64,000 nucleotides of DNA from an uncultured Pirellulales bacterium. Its GTDB lineage: Bacteria > Planctomycetota > Phycisphaerae > Sedimentisphaerales > Anaerobacaceae. The DNA is taken from NCBI GenBank assembly GCA_964507485.1, contig CAZDQP010000001.1, positions 753 through 64,752 of the forward strand, read 5' to 3'. The notes beneath the pieces are model-generated. The model was not told the origin of the DNA. It ran no database searches and worked only from the letters and a program-made list of their open reading frames with translations. Below, one piece after another: positions 55,565 to 63,488 of this stretch. Positions within the stretch are counted from its first letter, which is position 1; the number at the start of each line of letters is the position of its first letter. A program made the position numbers and the translations under genes.

Positions 55565-55633
55565 TGTGCGTGGTGAAGGCTGGAGCTACTTCGCTGTTAA
55601 CGAAACCGTGCTCCTGTCGCTTGTTCCCGCACA
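55565..55633 (+). ncRNA. short Y-RNA-like paralog (YrlB-like)
   Basis: Closing helix TGTGCG/CGCACA, hairpin GGTGAAG/CTTCGCT, and box CTGTCGCTTGTTCC, followed by TTATTTT. Confidence 0.5.
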
Positions 55634-55657
55634 TTATTTTAACCGGAGAGAAGCTAA

Positions 55658-55855
55658 ATGGAAATTCCATTAAATCGCATGATTGAAGTCAGGCATAAAT
55701 ACGACAGAAGATTTAAGTTCTGGATTTGTGCTGATGATTTTAGCGACCCTGTTTTTTGTAAAGGAATAAGTGATAGCAGAGAATTTCCACGAGAGGTTTT
55801 AGAGTTCATCAATATTGACGACCCTGCAAAAATAGCAAAATCGCAGGCATCCTAA
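55658..55855 (+). CDS. hypothetical protein
   Basis: 65-aa ORF with a GGAGAG RBS. Confidence 0.4.
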   Translation: MEIPLNRMIEVRHKYDRRFKFWICADDFSDPVFCKGISDSREFPREVLEFINIDDPAKIAKSQAS

Positions 55856-55913
55856 CCGGAGAAACGAAATGGCCTCATCAAATCCCTTAATTATATATAG
55901 CTGTTTAGGCAAG

Positions 55914-55953
55914 GCGCCCGGGTTATGTTCTGTGATGAGGCCAGCCCGGGCGC
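55914..55953. repeat. GC-rich hairpin, copy 2
   Basis: GCGCCCGGG (55914-55922) pairs with CCCGGGCGC (55945-55953), then AGCTTTT. Its loop segment TGATGAGGCC pairs with GGCCTCATCA at 55871-55880. Confidence 0.7.
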
Positions 55954-55972
55954 AGCTTTTATAGGTGAAGAT

Positions 55973-56368
55973 ATGAGTGAAATAAAATTCAGACTCATTG
56001 AAAAAGGCCAGATTGTTGGCTATGAGCGATGGAACAGCATTGCAGGTAAGTGGTGTTACGATACTAAGTCTGATGGTATTTTTGATATCCGCAATGAATT
56101 TATTCCGCATACAGACAAAGAGCAATTTACAGGCTTGAAGGACAAGAATGGCAAGGAGATAGATTGGTGGGAAGGTGATTTGTTAAAAAGTCCTGAAGGC
56201 GAAATATGTATCATCGAATACAATCCTTATGGAGCCGGTTTTTATTTGAAAAATCCTAAATATAAAAATGGTTATTGGTATCCAATATACAAAGTACGCA
56301 AAACATGGAAAAAAATTGGCAACATCCACGAAACCCCCGACTTACTGGCAGAAAGAGCGAAGAAATGA
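55973..56368 (+). CDS. YopX family protein
   Basis: FTGLKDKNGKEIDWWEGDLL...IGNIHETPDLL. Confidence 0.75.
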   Translation: MSEIKFRLIEKGQIVGYERWNSIAGKWCYDTKSDGIFDIRNEFIPHTDKEQFTGLKDKNGKEIDWWEGDLLKSPEGEICIIEYNPYGAGFYLKNPKYKNGYWYPIYKVRKTWKKIGNIHETPDLLAERAKK

Positions 56369-56517
56369 GTAAACATTACAAAATAACCAATAGAATGATG
56401 GAGATATATATTTTGCTTGTTTGTATTTCATGGTTAATTGCTATAGGAATTATTGCCTACAATAAATATAAACAAATGCACCCATATCCACAGCAAACTC
56501 TTAAAGCAACAGAATAA
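56365..56517 (+). CDS. small membrane protein
   Basis: ATGA overlap with the upstream stop. ILLVCISWLIAIGIIAY. Confidence 0.35.
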   Translation: MSKHYKITNRMMEIYILLVCISWLIAIGIIAYNKYKQMHPYPQQTLKATE

Positions 56518-56584
56518 CATAGCACCCTTGAAGCTCTGTAAAAAGTTATAAGTAGAAAGAGGACAGAATGAATAGGACAGAATA

Positions 56585-56911
56585 ATGAATAGGACAGAAT
56601 ATTGGCAAGAATGTATATCAGAAGCATTTGAAGATGCTGAAATATCTGCAACCAAAAAGCAGATTGCCAATGTTGTTGAGGCTGTTGAGGGCGGCTATGA
56701 AAATATTGATATGGCATTCGGGGTACACTGCATACCAAATCCTTTAGAGACTGAGAATAAAGAACTTCAAAAAAAATTAAAAAAAGAAAAAAGTAAAGAA
56801 GTATGCGATGAATGCAAAGGCAGCAAAAGAAAATGGATTTCAGTAGGTACTGCACATGAGACTTTTGATAGATGTTGGAAATGCGATGGTACTGGAATGA
56901 TATATCCATAA
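56585..56911 (+). CDS. protein with DnaJ-type CxxCxGxG zinc finger
   Basis: CDECKGSK and CWKCDGTG. Confidence 0.45.
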   Translation: MNRTEYWQECISEAFEDAEISATKKQIANVVEAVEGGYENIDMAFGVHCIPNPLETENKELQKKLKKEKSKEVCDECKGSKRKWISVGTAHETFDRCWKCDGTGMIYP

Positions 56912-56962
56912 AGAATCGTTCTCTTACAAGTAAATATGAGAATAAGCTCGAATGAAACATAA

Positions 56963-56990
56963 TTGACCTTCAGGGAAGATTAAATATAAT
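56963..56990 (+). promoter_or_regulatory. sigma70-type promoter upstream of the integrase
   Basis: TTGACC, 16-nt spacer, TATAAT, then the hairpin GGGGCAG/CTGTCCC. Confidence 0.55.
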
Positions 56991-57031
56991 GGGGCAGTCG
57001 AGTCTGTCCCATAAAGAAAGGAGGTTTAATT

Positions 57032-58006
57032 ATGAATTTAAGTGACAAGCACGAACTATATTTGTCGAGAATGGACTTACGGCCATCTTCAAAGAGGTTC
57101 AAAAACAGAGCCTTAAAGCATTTCATTCACTATTTCGGTGATATGGATGCGGATAAGGTTACTACTGAGCACGCAGAAGAGTTTCGTAGATTATTGGCGA
57201 TAGGGCGGTCAAAGAGAGCGGCTAACGGCTATATAGCAAACTTCAAGCCGTTCTGGGTATGGCTTCACTTGCACGGCCATATACTGAAGAATCCATTTCT
57301 GGGTTTACGGCTCTACCGGATCACAAAGCCTGAGCGAACTACATTTTCAGCAGATGAACTGAGTAAAATGTTGAAATTCGCCAGCCAACTCTGGAGAGTG
57401 CGTATATGCTTCGGATTATTAGGTATGAGGCGAGGTGAAATGCTTAACGTGACGGAATGCGATATAAAAATGGAAACGAATCAGCCACATATCATTTTAC
57501 AGAAAAAGAAAGCCACAGACCGAACCTGGCCGTTCGACCTTAAAGACCATGCGAATAGATACGTAGCTCTACCTGAGAAGATGGTATTTGCGGATATAAT
57601 AGTTTATCTGCATAAGGACGTAAAAGCATTAATGAATAAGATGTGTCCATATATCTGTCTCGAAGAAAAATACTGGCTTAAATTATTGAAGTGGCAAAAA
57701 AAAGGAAAGCCTGAAGGAAGTAAGACTCCTTTTGAAGAAGATATTTTGGACCCGACAGGTAATTTCCAGCGCATGTTCCGAAACCTACAAAAGAAAGCCG
57801 GTATTAAGCAGACTAAGACATATCACGAATTGAGAGCAACTTTCGCAACTAAGATGATAGAAAACTGCGGCCTGAAAAGAACATCCGTTGCTATGGGACA
57901 TTCATCACCTAAAACAACTATGGGTTATGACCGTTCTTCCGAAATGTCATTAGTGGAAAGTATCAGCAAAGCGACTTCAGAATGTTATCAGACCAACGTC
58001 CGCTAA
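57032..58006 (+). CDS. int: tyrosine site-specific integrase
   Basis: GMRRGEML (Arg), HELRATFATKM (H-x-x-R) and GHSSPKTTMGY (His, Tyr). Confidence 0.85.
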   Translation: MNLSDKHELYLSRMDLRPSSKRFKNRALKHFIHYFGDMDADKVTTEHAEEFRRLLAIGRSKRAANGYIANFKPFWVWLHLHGHILKNPFLGLRLYRITKPERTTFSADELSKMLKFASQLWRVRICFGLLGMRRGEMLNVTECDIKMETNQPHIILQKKKATDRTWPFDLKDHANRYVALPEKMVFADIIVYLHKDVKALMNKMCPYICLEEKYWLKLLKWQKKGKPEGSKTPFEEDILDPTGNFQRMFRNLQKKAGIKQTKTYHELRATFATKMIENCGLKRTSVAMGHSSPKTTMGYDRSSEMSLVESISKATSECYQTNVR

Positions 58007-58052
58007 TATATGTTAACAGTCAAGTTATCAGACACTCTATGAAAGTTATGGG

Positions 58053-58074
58053 ACTACTCGACAAGTAGTTTTTT
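58053..58074 (+). terminator. weak rho-independent terminator
   Basis: ACTACT cgaca AGTAGT, then TTTTT. Confidence 0.45.
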
Positions 58075-58079
58075 GGTGT

Positions 58080-58800
58080 TGGCGGTGGCGAAAGCAACGT
58101 AGGTTAGGGTAACGCCTAACGAGACAAGTCAGGACTGATGGAATATTGATACAGCGGTATTTGTATGTCCGTGTTGATTGGTATTTAGCGTACCTGCCCG
58201 CCAGCTTTTAATCTTCGAGTGTGTGGGGCGGCGTGGATGGGACACGCAGGAACGTTGTGAGTTAATTCCGAGGATAATAGAGGGATAAGTTGACCAACCA
58301 AGCGAAGCCCTATGATTCCTAAGACAGGTAAAAATCCTGCACCCACACACTTTCAAACTACTCAGCCGGTAAATCCTCCTACTCGCCGGCTGAATCGGTG
58401 CGTGATATCACAAATATTTCGCACTGCAAAGGATGATGCTTTTCATCACCCTCCTCCGAACGGGGGCATGGAAGCTCTAATGCCCCTGTTTATTTTCGAG
58501 CTTATATGCGGAGTGGTGGAAGCGTGCCAATATGTACTCATAACGGTTGCGGGAAAAACAACCCCTAACGCTTGTACGAGAAGTCAGGAAGTACCGTACC
58601 CTGAAGCAGACGTAGTCCTGCCTCCGCATTTTTCAAGCCAGTCGCTCAAGGGGCAGGTCATCACCGCTTTCTTTCACCACAAAAACCCTGCCCCTCCTAT
58701 TTGATATCTATTTGACCGCCCCAGCCAGCGGTAGGCAAAAACACTGGCGATATGCAAACTCCATTGCTTGGGGCGGCTTAACGGTCGCCCCTTATTAGAA
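58080..58800 (+). other. ORF-poor, GC-enriched, hairpin-dense region (candidate attP and/or large structured RNA)
   Basis: Only implausible Pro-rich or shadow ORFs. Several 7-9-bp GC stems and a 14/16-nt direct repeat at 58119 and 58576. Confidence 0.4.
58463..58496 (+). terminator. terminator-like hairpin
   Basis: GGGGCAT / ATGCCCC, 10-nt loop, then TGTTTATTTT. Confidence 0.5.
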
Positions 58801-58807
58801 AGGAAAT

Positions 58808-58987
58808 ATGAAAATGACAGAACAAAAATTAGGAAGATGGTTAACGAATATTGAACCAGATAATGAGCAATACAAAGACTATATCGCGGCACATTTAATC
58901 GGGCCGCCAAAAGCTGCGGAGAAATACACAGTCGAGCAGTTAAAAGAATTGAACATAGTAGGCATATATGCCAAACCGGAAGATTAA
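58808..58987 (+). CDS. hypothetical protein (59 aa)
   Basis: AAAGGAAAT RBS. Just below the ORF-track cutoff. Confidence 0.45.
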   Translation: MKMTEQKLGRWLTNIEPDNEQYKDYIAAHLIGPPKAAEKYTVEQLKELNIVGIYAKPED

Positions 58988-59018
58988 CCACGAGAGCGGG
59001 AGAGAAGAAAGGCGAGAT

Positions 59019-59336
59019 ATGTTTGAAGAACTGAATTATGCAGAATTGGAAATATGGAGAGAAGAACTGTTGCAGGAAGCTTCAGGAAAGAAGGTCAATG
59101 ACCCTACTATCAACGAGACGATGAAATGGGTTCGGGCTATTTCTATTGAAATGGAAGCCCGTGAGCGAGAGACAGCCAGTCGAATAAGATTTTTGGTTTG
59201 TGGTGTCAATGCTATTGTTCTGGCCACGATTATATTCGTAACTACTGGCTGCCAAACAGTCAAAGGCGTAACAGGTGATGCCGGATGGATATTAACGAAA
59301 GTAAGTGAAAATATCAAAGTAGAACAGGAGAAATAA
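59019..59336 (+). CDS. membrane-anchored small protein
   Basis: ATG at 59019. TM helix FLVCGVNAIVLATIIFVTTGC. Confidence 0.4.
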   Translation: MFEELNYAELEIWREELLQEASGKKVNDPTINETMKWVRAISIEMEARERETASRIRFLVCGVNAIVLATIIFVTTGCQTVKGVTGDAGWILTKVSENIKVEQEK

Positions 59337-59338
59337 GA

Positions 59339-59569
59339 ATGGCGGAAATAAAATTTCCATTTAAGCCAAATAAAAAAGTGGTGACAGCATTTAGGCGAGT
59401 TAAAAAACAAAGACGTGCAATTCGCATGTTTATAGAACAGATAATTGATATGTGCAACGAAGAAGACCCTTTTGAAGTATTGCAGGAAGAACATTCAGAG
59501 TTTAAAGAGATTTCTAACAAACTTACATTTAACGTAAATACTGAAAAGATAGAAATAAAAGCTGAATAA
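59339..59569 (+). CDS. hypothetical protein
   Basis: 76-aa ORF. Confidence 0.4.
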   Translation: MAEIKFPFKPNKKVVTAFRRVKKQRRAIRMFIEQIIDMCNEEDPFEVLQEEHSEFKEISNKLTFNVNTEKIEIKAE

Positions 59570-59637
59570 TGGACGGCGGCGCAATGCACGGACGGGTGAG
59601 GGCAACGGAGTGCTCCCGCCGTTCTTAGGAGTGAATT

Positions 59638-60102
59638 ATGGCAAAATATGCGGCTAACACACAAGTTCCTGTCGGTAGAAGTAAGCAACAAATAGAAAAG
59701 CTTTTAACCGATTGGGGCATAAATGAGTTTTTCTTTGGTACAAGCCCCAGAGGCGATGGAATCGGTTTCAAATATAAAGACAATGTATATAAATTTAATG
59801 TCCCAACGCCTAAAAAGAGCAATTATTATTCTAATGCTACTTATCAAAGAGAACTGAGAAGGCGATGGCGTGTTTTATATATGTCTCTCAAAATGGAACT
59901 TGAAAAAATAAATTCTGGACTTACGACTTTTGAAGACCAATTTTTAGCAATGAGGTGTTTGCCAGATGGTTCTACTGTCTCCGACTTTATGAATTTACCA
60001 GAAAATCTTGAATTATTACATAAAGCTGAAATGCCAAGATTGCTAACGGGGGAAATTAAATGTGTATCAGGGCGTGGAAAGCATGAACCAAAAGAATTGT
60101 AA
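59638..60102 (+). CDS. hypothetical phage protein
   Basis: 154-aa ORF with a GGAG RBS. Confidence 0.5.
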   Translation: MAKYAANTQVPVGRSKQQIEKLLTDWGINEFFFGTSPRGDGIGFKYKDNVYKFNVPTPKKSNYYSNATYQRELRRRWRVLYMSLKMELEKINSGLTTFEDQFLAMRCLPDGSTVSDFMNLPENLELLHKAEMPRLLTGEIKCVSGRGKHEPKEL

Positions 60103-60209
60103 TGTCAAATTAATTTAGGAGACAGTTCTTAAAATGAGCCTACGTAAAAATGTAAAATCTTGTTTTCAGACGTTGTGGCTTTCCACGTCTTTATTTATGA
60201 GGTGAAATT

Positions 60210-60482
60210 ATGAGTGAATGGGAAATAGACCCTATCTTGAATGAATATTTAATAATACGAGATGAAAAAGATTTTATACAAGAACGCATTATGTTTGAAT
60301 CTCCGCAAAGAGCCAAAGAATTTCTCCATTGCGTTAATAACTTCGATGAATTGTTGAGATTATGGCGCAAGATAGGTCGTCAAATAGCATACCTTAAAAC
60401 CTTCGATGAAGGTATAGAAGTTGCTTATGAATTAGAAAAAATCCAAAAGCAAGCCCTCGCGGAAGCGGAGGAAATCAAATGA
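60210..60482 (+). CDS. hypothetical protein
   Basis: 90-aa ORF. Confidence 0.45.
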   Translation: MSEWEIDPILNEYLIIRDEKDFIQERIMFESPQRAKEFLHCVNNFDELLRLWRKIGRQIAYLKTFDEGIEVAYELEKIQKQALAEAEEIK

Positions 60483-60730
60483 TATACAAAAGAAGATGGA
60501 TTTATCCACCAAAATATGAATACGTAAGTACTAATCAACATGGTGATAGATATAAGAAAACATCCCCCGAAAAAGTCAATGTTGTCGAATTGCGTTGCAA
60601 CAAAAATGATGCGGTCGGAATGTCAGACCTTATAGCATTAGGACACATGCTTAACGTTCCAGTGCATTATGATTTTACAAATCATCAGGCATTTATAGAA
60701 GTAATTAGTGCCGAGGATATACAATTATGA
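60479..60730 (+). CDS. hypothetical protein
   Basis: 83-aa ORF with a 4-nt overlap. Confidence 0.45.
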   Translation: MIYKRRWIYPPKYEYVSTNQHGDRYKKTSPEKVNVVELRCNKNDAVGMSDLIALGHMLNVPVHYDFTNHQAFIEVISAEDIQL

Positions 60731-60808
60731 AACTCATATCAGCACTAATCTGGTCACTTATAACTTTATTCAGCCCTTCTATGGGCTTAGAGGAAATGGG
60801 GCTAAAAA

Positions 60809-61021
60809 ATGGATGGCTTTAATTTTTGTCCGTCATGCAATGGTAAAACCAAAGTTCTCGATTGTCGTATATCAAGATTTGGTTTTAGAAGAAGGCGACA
60901 ATGTAAAGCCTGTGGCAATAAATGGACAACTTATGAAGTAATTATACCTTATTCAAAACGAAAGAAAAGACGACGCAAAAAAACTAATATAGAAGAATTT
61001 AATAAAATGAGAAGTATATGA
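60809..61021 (+). CDS. NrdR-like zinc-ribbon protein (no ATP-cone)
   Basis: CPSCNGKTKVLDCR...RRRRQCKACGNKWTTYE parallels the NrdR N-terminus. Confidence 0.35.
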   Translation: MDGFNFCPSCNGKTKVLDCRISRFGFRRRRQCKACGNKWTTYEVIIPYSKRKKRRRKKTNIEEFNKMRSI

Positions 61022-61131
61022 ATGGGAGCGGCCAACCTCAAAATTAGAAAGTTTATTGTCCTATCGTCCCTGAAACGTGAGACAAGAAATATTAATGCTG
61101 CTCCCATTTATTACAAGGAGTGTGTCAAGAA

Positions 61132-61641
61132 ATGAACAAAGAAGAAATAGTTGACAAAATAATTGAAATCTTAGCTGAATCTATAGCTGGTAAATATCAA
61201 ATAGTAGATGGCAAGCTACAGCCATTACTCGAATCCGAGCCGAAACTTCGGCATGGGGATTATGGATATGCTGGAAAGCCTTCTAAAAATAATATGTATT
61301 TTATTGATGGTCGTCCAGTCAGGCCATTTGGCATATCAAATGATGGTGGACAAGAAATGATTGATGCGCCCTATCACCAATTCAAAGCCGTCGGCAACAT
61401 ATTCGACGACCTCAAAGCCATGTCCGAGGATGTAAAGGAATTTAAGATAAAACAAGACAGTTTTGTGGATGCTGTTCATGTTTATTTTCAAGATGAAGGG
61501 TGTCTTGTTATAAAAGACTTAGGCGACAATGATAAAGTATATATCAGTCCTAAAAACGTAGAATTATTTCATCGCAAGCTCGGCGCGATGATAGCCACAG
61601 CGAAAAGGCAATGTGAACTAATCAAGGACGACGAAGAATGA
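61132..61641 (+). CDS. hypothetical protein
   Basis: The ATG at 61132 follows an AAGGAG. Confidence 0.45.
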   Translation: MNKEEIVDKIIEILAESIAGKYQIVDGKLQPLLESEPKLRHGDYGYAGKPSKNNMYFIDGRPVRPFGISNDGGQEMIDAPYHQFKAVGNIFDDLKAMSEDVKEFKIKQDSFVDAVHVYFQDEGCLVIKDLGDNDKVYISPKNVELFHRKLGAMIATAKRQCELIKDDEE

Positions 61642-61874
61642 CTGAAGTAAAAACTCAGACCGACACTAATTCTCAAAGAGAGTTGATATATAGCTATTTA
61701 GAGCAAGGCAATACGATAACTCCCTTGGAAGCATTGAATAAATTCGGCTGTTTTCGGTTGGGTGCAAGAATTTACGAACTTAGAAGGGCTGGTCATAACA
61801 TCATAACTGAAAACATAACCGAGAATGGTAAAACTTTTGCGAAGTATAGGTTAATAAGATGCCAAGATTCTTAA
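61638..61874 (+). CDS. winged-helix/HTH DNA-binding protein
   Basis: TPLEALNKFGCFRLGARIYELRRAGHNI fits a phage HTH_39-like pattern. Confidence 0.5.
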   Translation: MTEVKTQTDTNSQRELIYSYLEQGNTITPLEALNKFGCFRLGARIYELRRAGHNIITENITENGKTFAKYRLIRCQDS

Positions 61875-62065
61875 TGACAGATTGCAAAGAATGCGCAGAT
61901 CCACAGATAAGCCTTAATTCCTGTGAAGCTACAGGTTGTGATAATGAATATTGTGATACATGCAGTGAAATAAAATTAAGACAATGTGCCGGATGTGGGC
62001 GGGATATATGCCCAGACTGTAGGGACGGAATGTACTGTAATGAGTGTAGAAATGGAAACAATTGA
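61859..62065 (+). CDS. small Cys-rich protein
   Basis: Six CxxC-type pairs in 68 aa. Confidence 0.4.
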   Translation: MPRFLMTDCKECADPQISLNSCEATGCDNEYCDTCSEIKLRQCAGCGRDICPDCRDGMYCNECRNGNN

Positions 62066-62654
62066 TTGTATCCAGGGCTCTGAAGAATGGTATCAGGCAA
62101 GACTCGGTTTTGTGACGGCCAGCAATTTTTCTAAAGTCCTGAATAAGAAATCCGGTCGGGGATTATATATGCGAAAAATTGCAGCCGAGAGACTTACAGG
62201 ATATAGGGAGGATGAATACAAAAACGATATTATGTTTCACGGTAATGAAATTGAGGATATAGCTCGAAACGTATATCAAATGATAAAAGACTGTGAGGTA
62301 CAGCAAGTCGGGTTTGTAAGGCGTGATGATGACGTAGGCGGTAGTCCTGATGGATTGATAGATGAAGATGGTTTGATTGAGATTAAATGTCCCTTACCTT
62401 CTACTCATATCGAATATATCATAAGTAATAAAGTACCTTCTAAATACATACCCCAAATACAAGGACTTCTCTGGATTACAGGACGGGCATGGTGCGATTT
62501 TGTCTCTTATGATAACAGGATAGTTTCTAAGCCTATGCACATTATCAGAGTTGAAAGAGACTCTGAATACATAAATGATATGGCAGCTAATGTGAATGTG
62601 TTCGTTAAAGAATTGAAGGCATTAATAAACAAGATAGATGATGGCACATTTTAA
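62052..62654 (+). CDS. YqaJ-like (lambda Exo fold) recombination exonuclease
   Basis: GSEEWYQARLGFVTASNFSKVL, GGSPDGLI and IEIKCP. Confidence 0.8.
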   Translation: METIDCIQGSEEWYQARLGFVTASNFSKVLNKKSGRGLYMRKIAAERLTGYREDEYKNDIMFHGNEIEDIARNVYQMIKDCEVQQVGFVRRDDDVGGSPDGLIDEDGLIEIKCPLPSTHIEYIISNKVPSKYIPQIQGLLWITGRAWCDFVSYDNRIVSKPMHIIRVERDSEYINDMAANVNVFVKELKALINKIDDGTF

Positions 62655-62665
62655 GGGTGAAACAA

Positions 62666-63484
62666 ATGAATGAAGTAAAAAGAAAACCGAAAGCAGAAAT
62701 AACTATAACAAACAAATCTCCGATAGAAGTAGCTGCGGAATTACTAAAAATCGGTGATGAAAACCAAATAGCAAATCTTGACAAGATACTTGATATTCAG
62801 GAACGCTACGATGCTATGCAGGCCAAGAAAGCCTATATGGAAGCAATGACAGCTTTCAAGGCTAATCCTCCCAAGATTATCAAGGACCGTAAAGTTAGTT
62901 ATCGGGCAGGAACAGGAACAACAAGCTATAATCACGCTACATTAGCGAATGTGACTGATACCATCAATAAGTCTTTAAGTGAACATGGATTGACGGCCTC
63001 TTGGGTAACTCAGCAGAACAATGGCACAATAACCGTAACCTGTAAGATAACTCATGTCATGGGACATAGCGAATCTACATGCCTTACTGCAAGCCCAGAC
63101 AATTCGGGCAGCAAGAATCCTATCCAAGCTATAGGAAGCACGGTTACATATCTCGAAAGATATACTCTTTTGGCTTTGACTGGCTTGGCAACTTACGAAC
63201 AGGACAATGACGGCGGAGAGCCAAAAGAACCACAAACGGCATCGGCAAAAGCTATGGAAATAGTTGATGAAGCATTTCAGGAGTTTGAGAAAATGCACGC
63301 AGACTTGCTCGCCGACGGCTTTCATTATGATAAGGATAAATTCGTAAAAGCTATCTACAAACATTTCAGCCGATTGCCTAATGGTAAGCCATCGAAAAAG
63401 GCCAATATTAAGAAGATACTCGATAAAGTAAAGCCAGAAGAAGTGATAGTAGAAATATCAAAGGAACAATTATTTAAGGAATGA
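62666..63484 (+). CDS. ERF-family single-strand annealing protein
   Basis: YNHATLANVTDTINKSLSEHGL and GSTVTYLERYTLLALTGL. Confidence 0.6.
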   Translation: MNEVKRKPKAEITITNKSPIEVAAELLKIGDENQIANLDKILDIQERYDAMQAKKAYMEAMTAFKANPPKIIKDRKVSYRAGTGTTSYNHATLANVTDTINKSLSEHGLTASWVTQQNNGTITVTCKITHVMGHSESTCLTASPDNSGSKNPIQAIGSTVTYLERYTLLALTGLATYEQDNDGGEPKEPQTASAKAMEIVDEAFQEFEKMHADLLADGFHYDKDKFVKAIYKHFSRLPNGKPSKKANIKKILDKVKPEEVIVEISKEQLFKE

Positions 63485-63488
63485 TAAG

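Noticed and set aside
55337-55633. Three tandem repeat units that could suggest a CRISPR array
   Set aside because: The units differ in length (142, 68 and 69 nt), lack a constant direct repeat with spacers, and fold as individual stem-closed RNAs.
58312-58704. 130-aa + ORF, plus minus-strand ORFs at 58129-58356 and 58674-58991
   Set aside because: They have Pro/Thr-rich or odd composition, no RBS and no motifs. The last overlaps the better-supported + ORF 58808-58987. The region is treated as non-coding.
58080-58800. tmRNA, RNase P RNA, group II intron or hammerhead ribozyme
   Set aside because: I looked for a tRNA-like 3' end (GGTTCGAATCC...CCA), the GAGGAAAGTCC box, a domain V-like hairpin and CUGAUGA...GAAA. 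Only loose resemblances were found (GGTAACGCC, AAGTCAGGA, CTGATGG).
60728-60823. 31-aa hydrophobic ORF overlapping the start of 60809-61021
   Set aside because: It is too short, overlaps its neighbour and has no independent support.
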